A DNA stretch of 64,000 nt, from the NCBI GenBank assembly GCA_963662945.1, contig OY759974.1, positions 1,312,001 to 1,376,000 on the forward strand. The letters are read 5' to 3'. This DNA is from Arcobacteraceae bacterium (GTDB lineage: Bacteria > Campylobacterota > Campylobacteria > Campylobacterales > Arcobacteraceae). A program made the position numbers and the translations under genes. A model generated the notes under the pieces. That model did no database searches. It was not told where the DNA came from and saw nothing but the letters and a program-made list of their open reading frames with translations. Positions 63,224 to 64,000 of the stretch are shown piece after piece; the first letter of the stretch is position 1, and each line of letters begins with the position of its first letter.

Positions 63224-64000
63224 ATGGAATATGATAATTATTATGTGATAGATACAAATATAATTTTACAAGATGCGGCAAATCTTTTTAAACTATCAGA
63301 TAATAGTACAAATCTTATTATCATCCCAGAAACAGTTCTTGATGAAATTGATAGTAAAAAAAGCGGTTTTGATGAGATAAACTTTCAAGCAAGAGAGTTT
63401 GCAAGAGTTCTAGAAACAGGAATTATTCAAGATAAAAAACATATAGATAATTATACTTTAATAACAGTTGTAATTGAAGGTGTTTTAAATGCTCATATTC
63501 AAATTATTTCAAAAGAAGACTATGATGCAAATAGTAAAAATGTTCAGCTAAATATTTACAATGATAGAAAAATTTTAGAGATAGCATCTTTTGCAAAAAA
63601 ATACTATCCAAAAACGAAATTTTTATCATTGGATATTATGGCACGAACTAGGGCTATATCTTTAGATATTGATGTAGATTCTTTACGCGGAGATAGCGAT
63701 GAGTTTACTTATGAGTTTGTAAAAACAATTGATATCCCATTTGATAAATTAGATACATTACCAGATGCAGATATAACGAACTTTGATACAAACTATAATT
63801 CGTATAACTATTCGTATTGTTTTCAAGTTATCGATTCAGACCAGATGATACTTGCTAATATAGTTAATGGTAAAGTATCTATATTAGACGAAGGTGAAAT
63901 ACGAGACCAAATAATTACACCATTGAATAAAGAACAACTATTTTTTAGTAATGCGATTTTAAATACATACTATAATGTGATTATTGTAGATGCAAAAGCG
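63224..64000 (+). CDS. PIN-PhoH (YlaK-like) protein, 3'-truncated by the window edge
   Basis: MEYDNYYVIDTNIILQD...IIIPETVLDEIDSKK PIN motif, NDRKIL, and TPLNKEQ at the start of the PhoH domain. Confidence 0.8.
   Translation, partial: MEYDNYYVIDTNIILQDAANLFKLSDNSTNLIIIPETVLDEIDSKKSGFDEINFQAREFARVLETGIIQDKKHIDNYTLITVVIEGVLNAHIQIISKEDYDANSKNVQLNIYNDRKILEIASFAKKYYPKTKFLSLDIMARTRAISLDIDVDSLRGDSDEFTYEFVKTIDIPFDKLDTLPDADITNFDTNYNSYNYSYCFQVIDSDQMILANIVNGKVSILDEGEIRDQIITPLNKEQLFFSNAILNTYYNVIIVDAKA

Overview
Very AT-rich chromosomal segment from a Campylobacterota bacterium, most likely Arcobacteraceae judging by DnaA, flagellin and gene-order style. It spans the replication origin (ruvC-oriC1-dnaA-oriC2-dnaN-gyrB), and two parS-like sites lie 20-25 kb to the right. 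Left end (1-11.4 kb): a flagellin glycosylation region. A HisH/HisF-like pair, a sulfotransferase, a TauE transporter, CysC, Sat, a truncated divergent pyruvate-kinase-like protein and CysQ converge on a Maf flagellin glycosyltransferase and three tandem flagellins. Two flagellins share an identical, highly structured 120-nt upstream element (T-loop hairpin, GGA-loop hairpins, alternative pairings), and one flagellin is a mosaic of the other two. Next come a peroxide-stress cluster (PerR, DpsL, desulforubrerythrin, ZupT, AhpC), thiC, yeeE, mrp, thyX, a two-gene insert after gyrB, a four-gene two-component cluster and housekeeping genes. The right side carries rlmN with an apparent AUA start and ATP citrate lyase aclBA (reverse-TCA marker). 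No rRNA, tRNA, CRISPR or IS element was recognised. All family calls come from motif recognition by eye; no database search was run.
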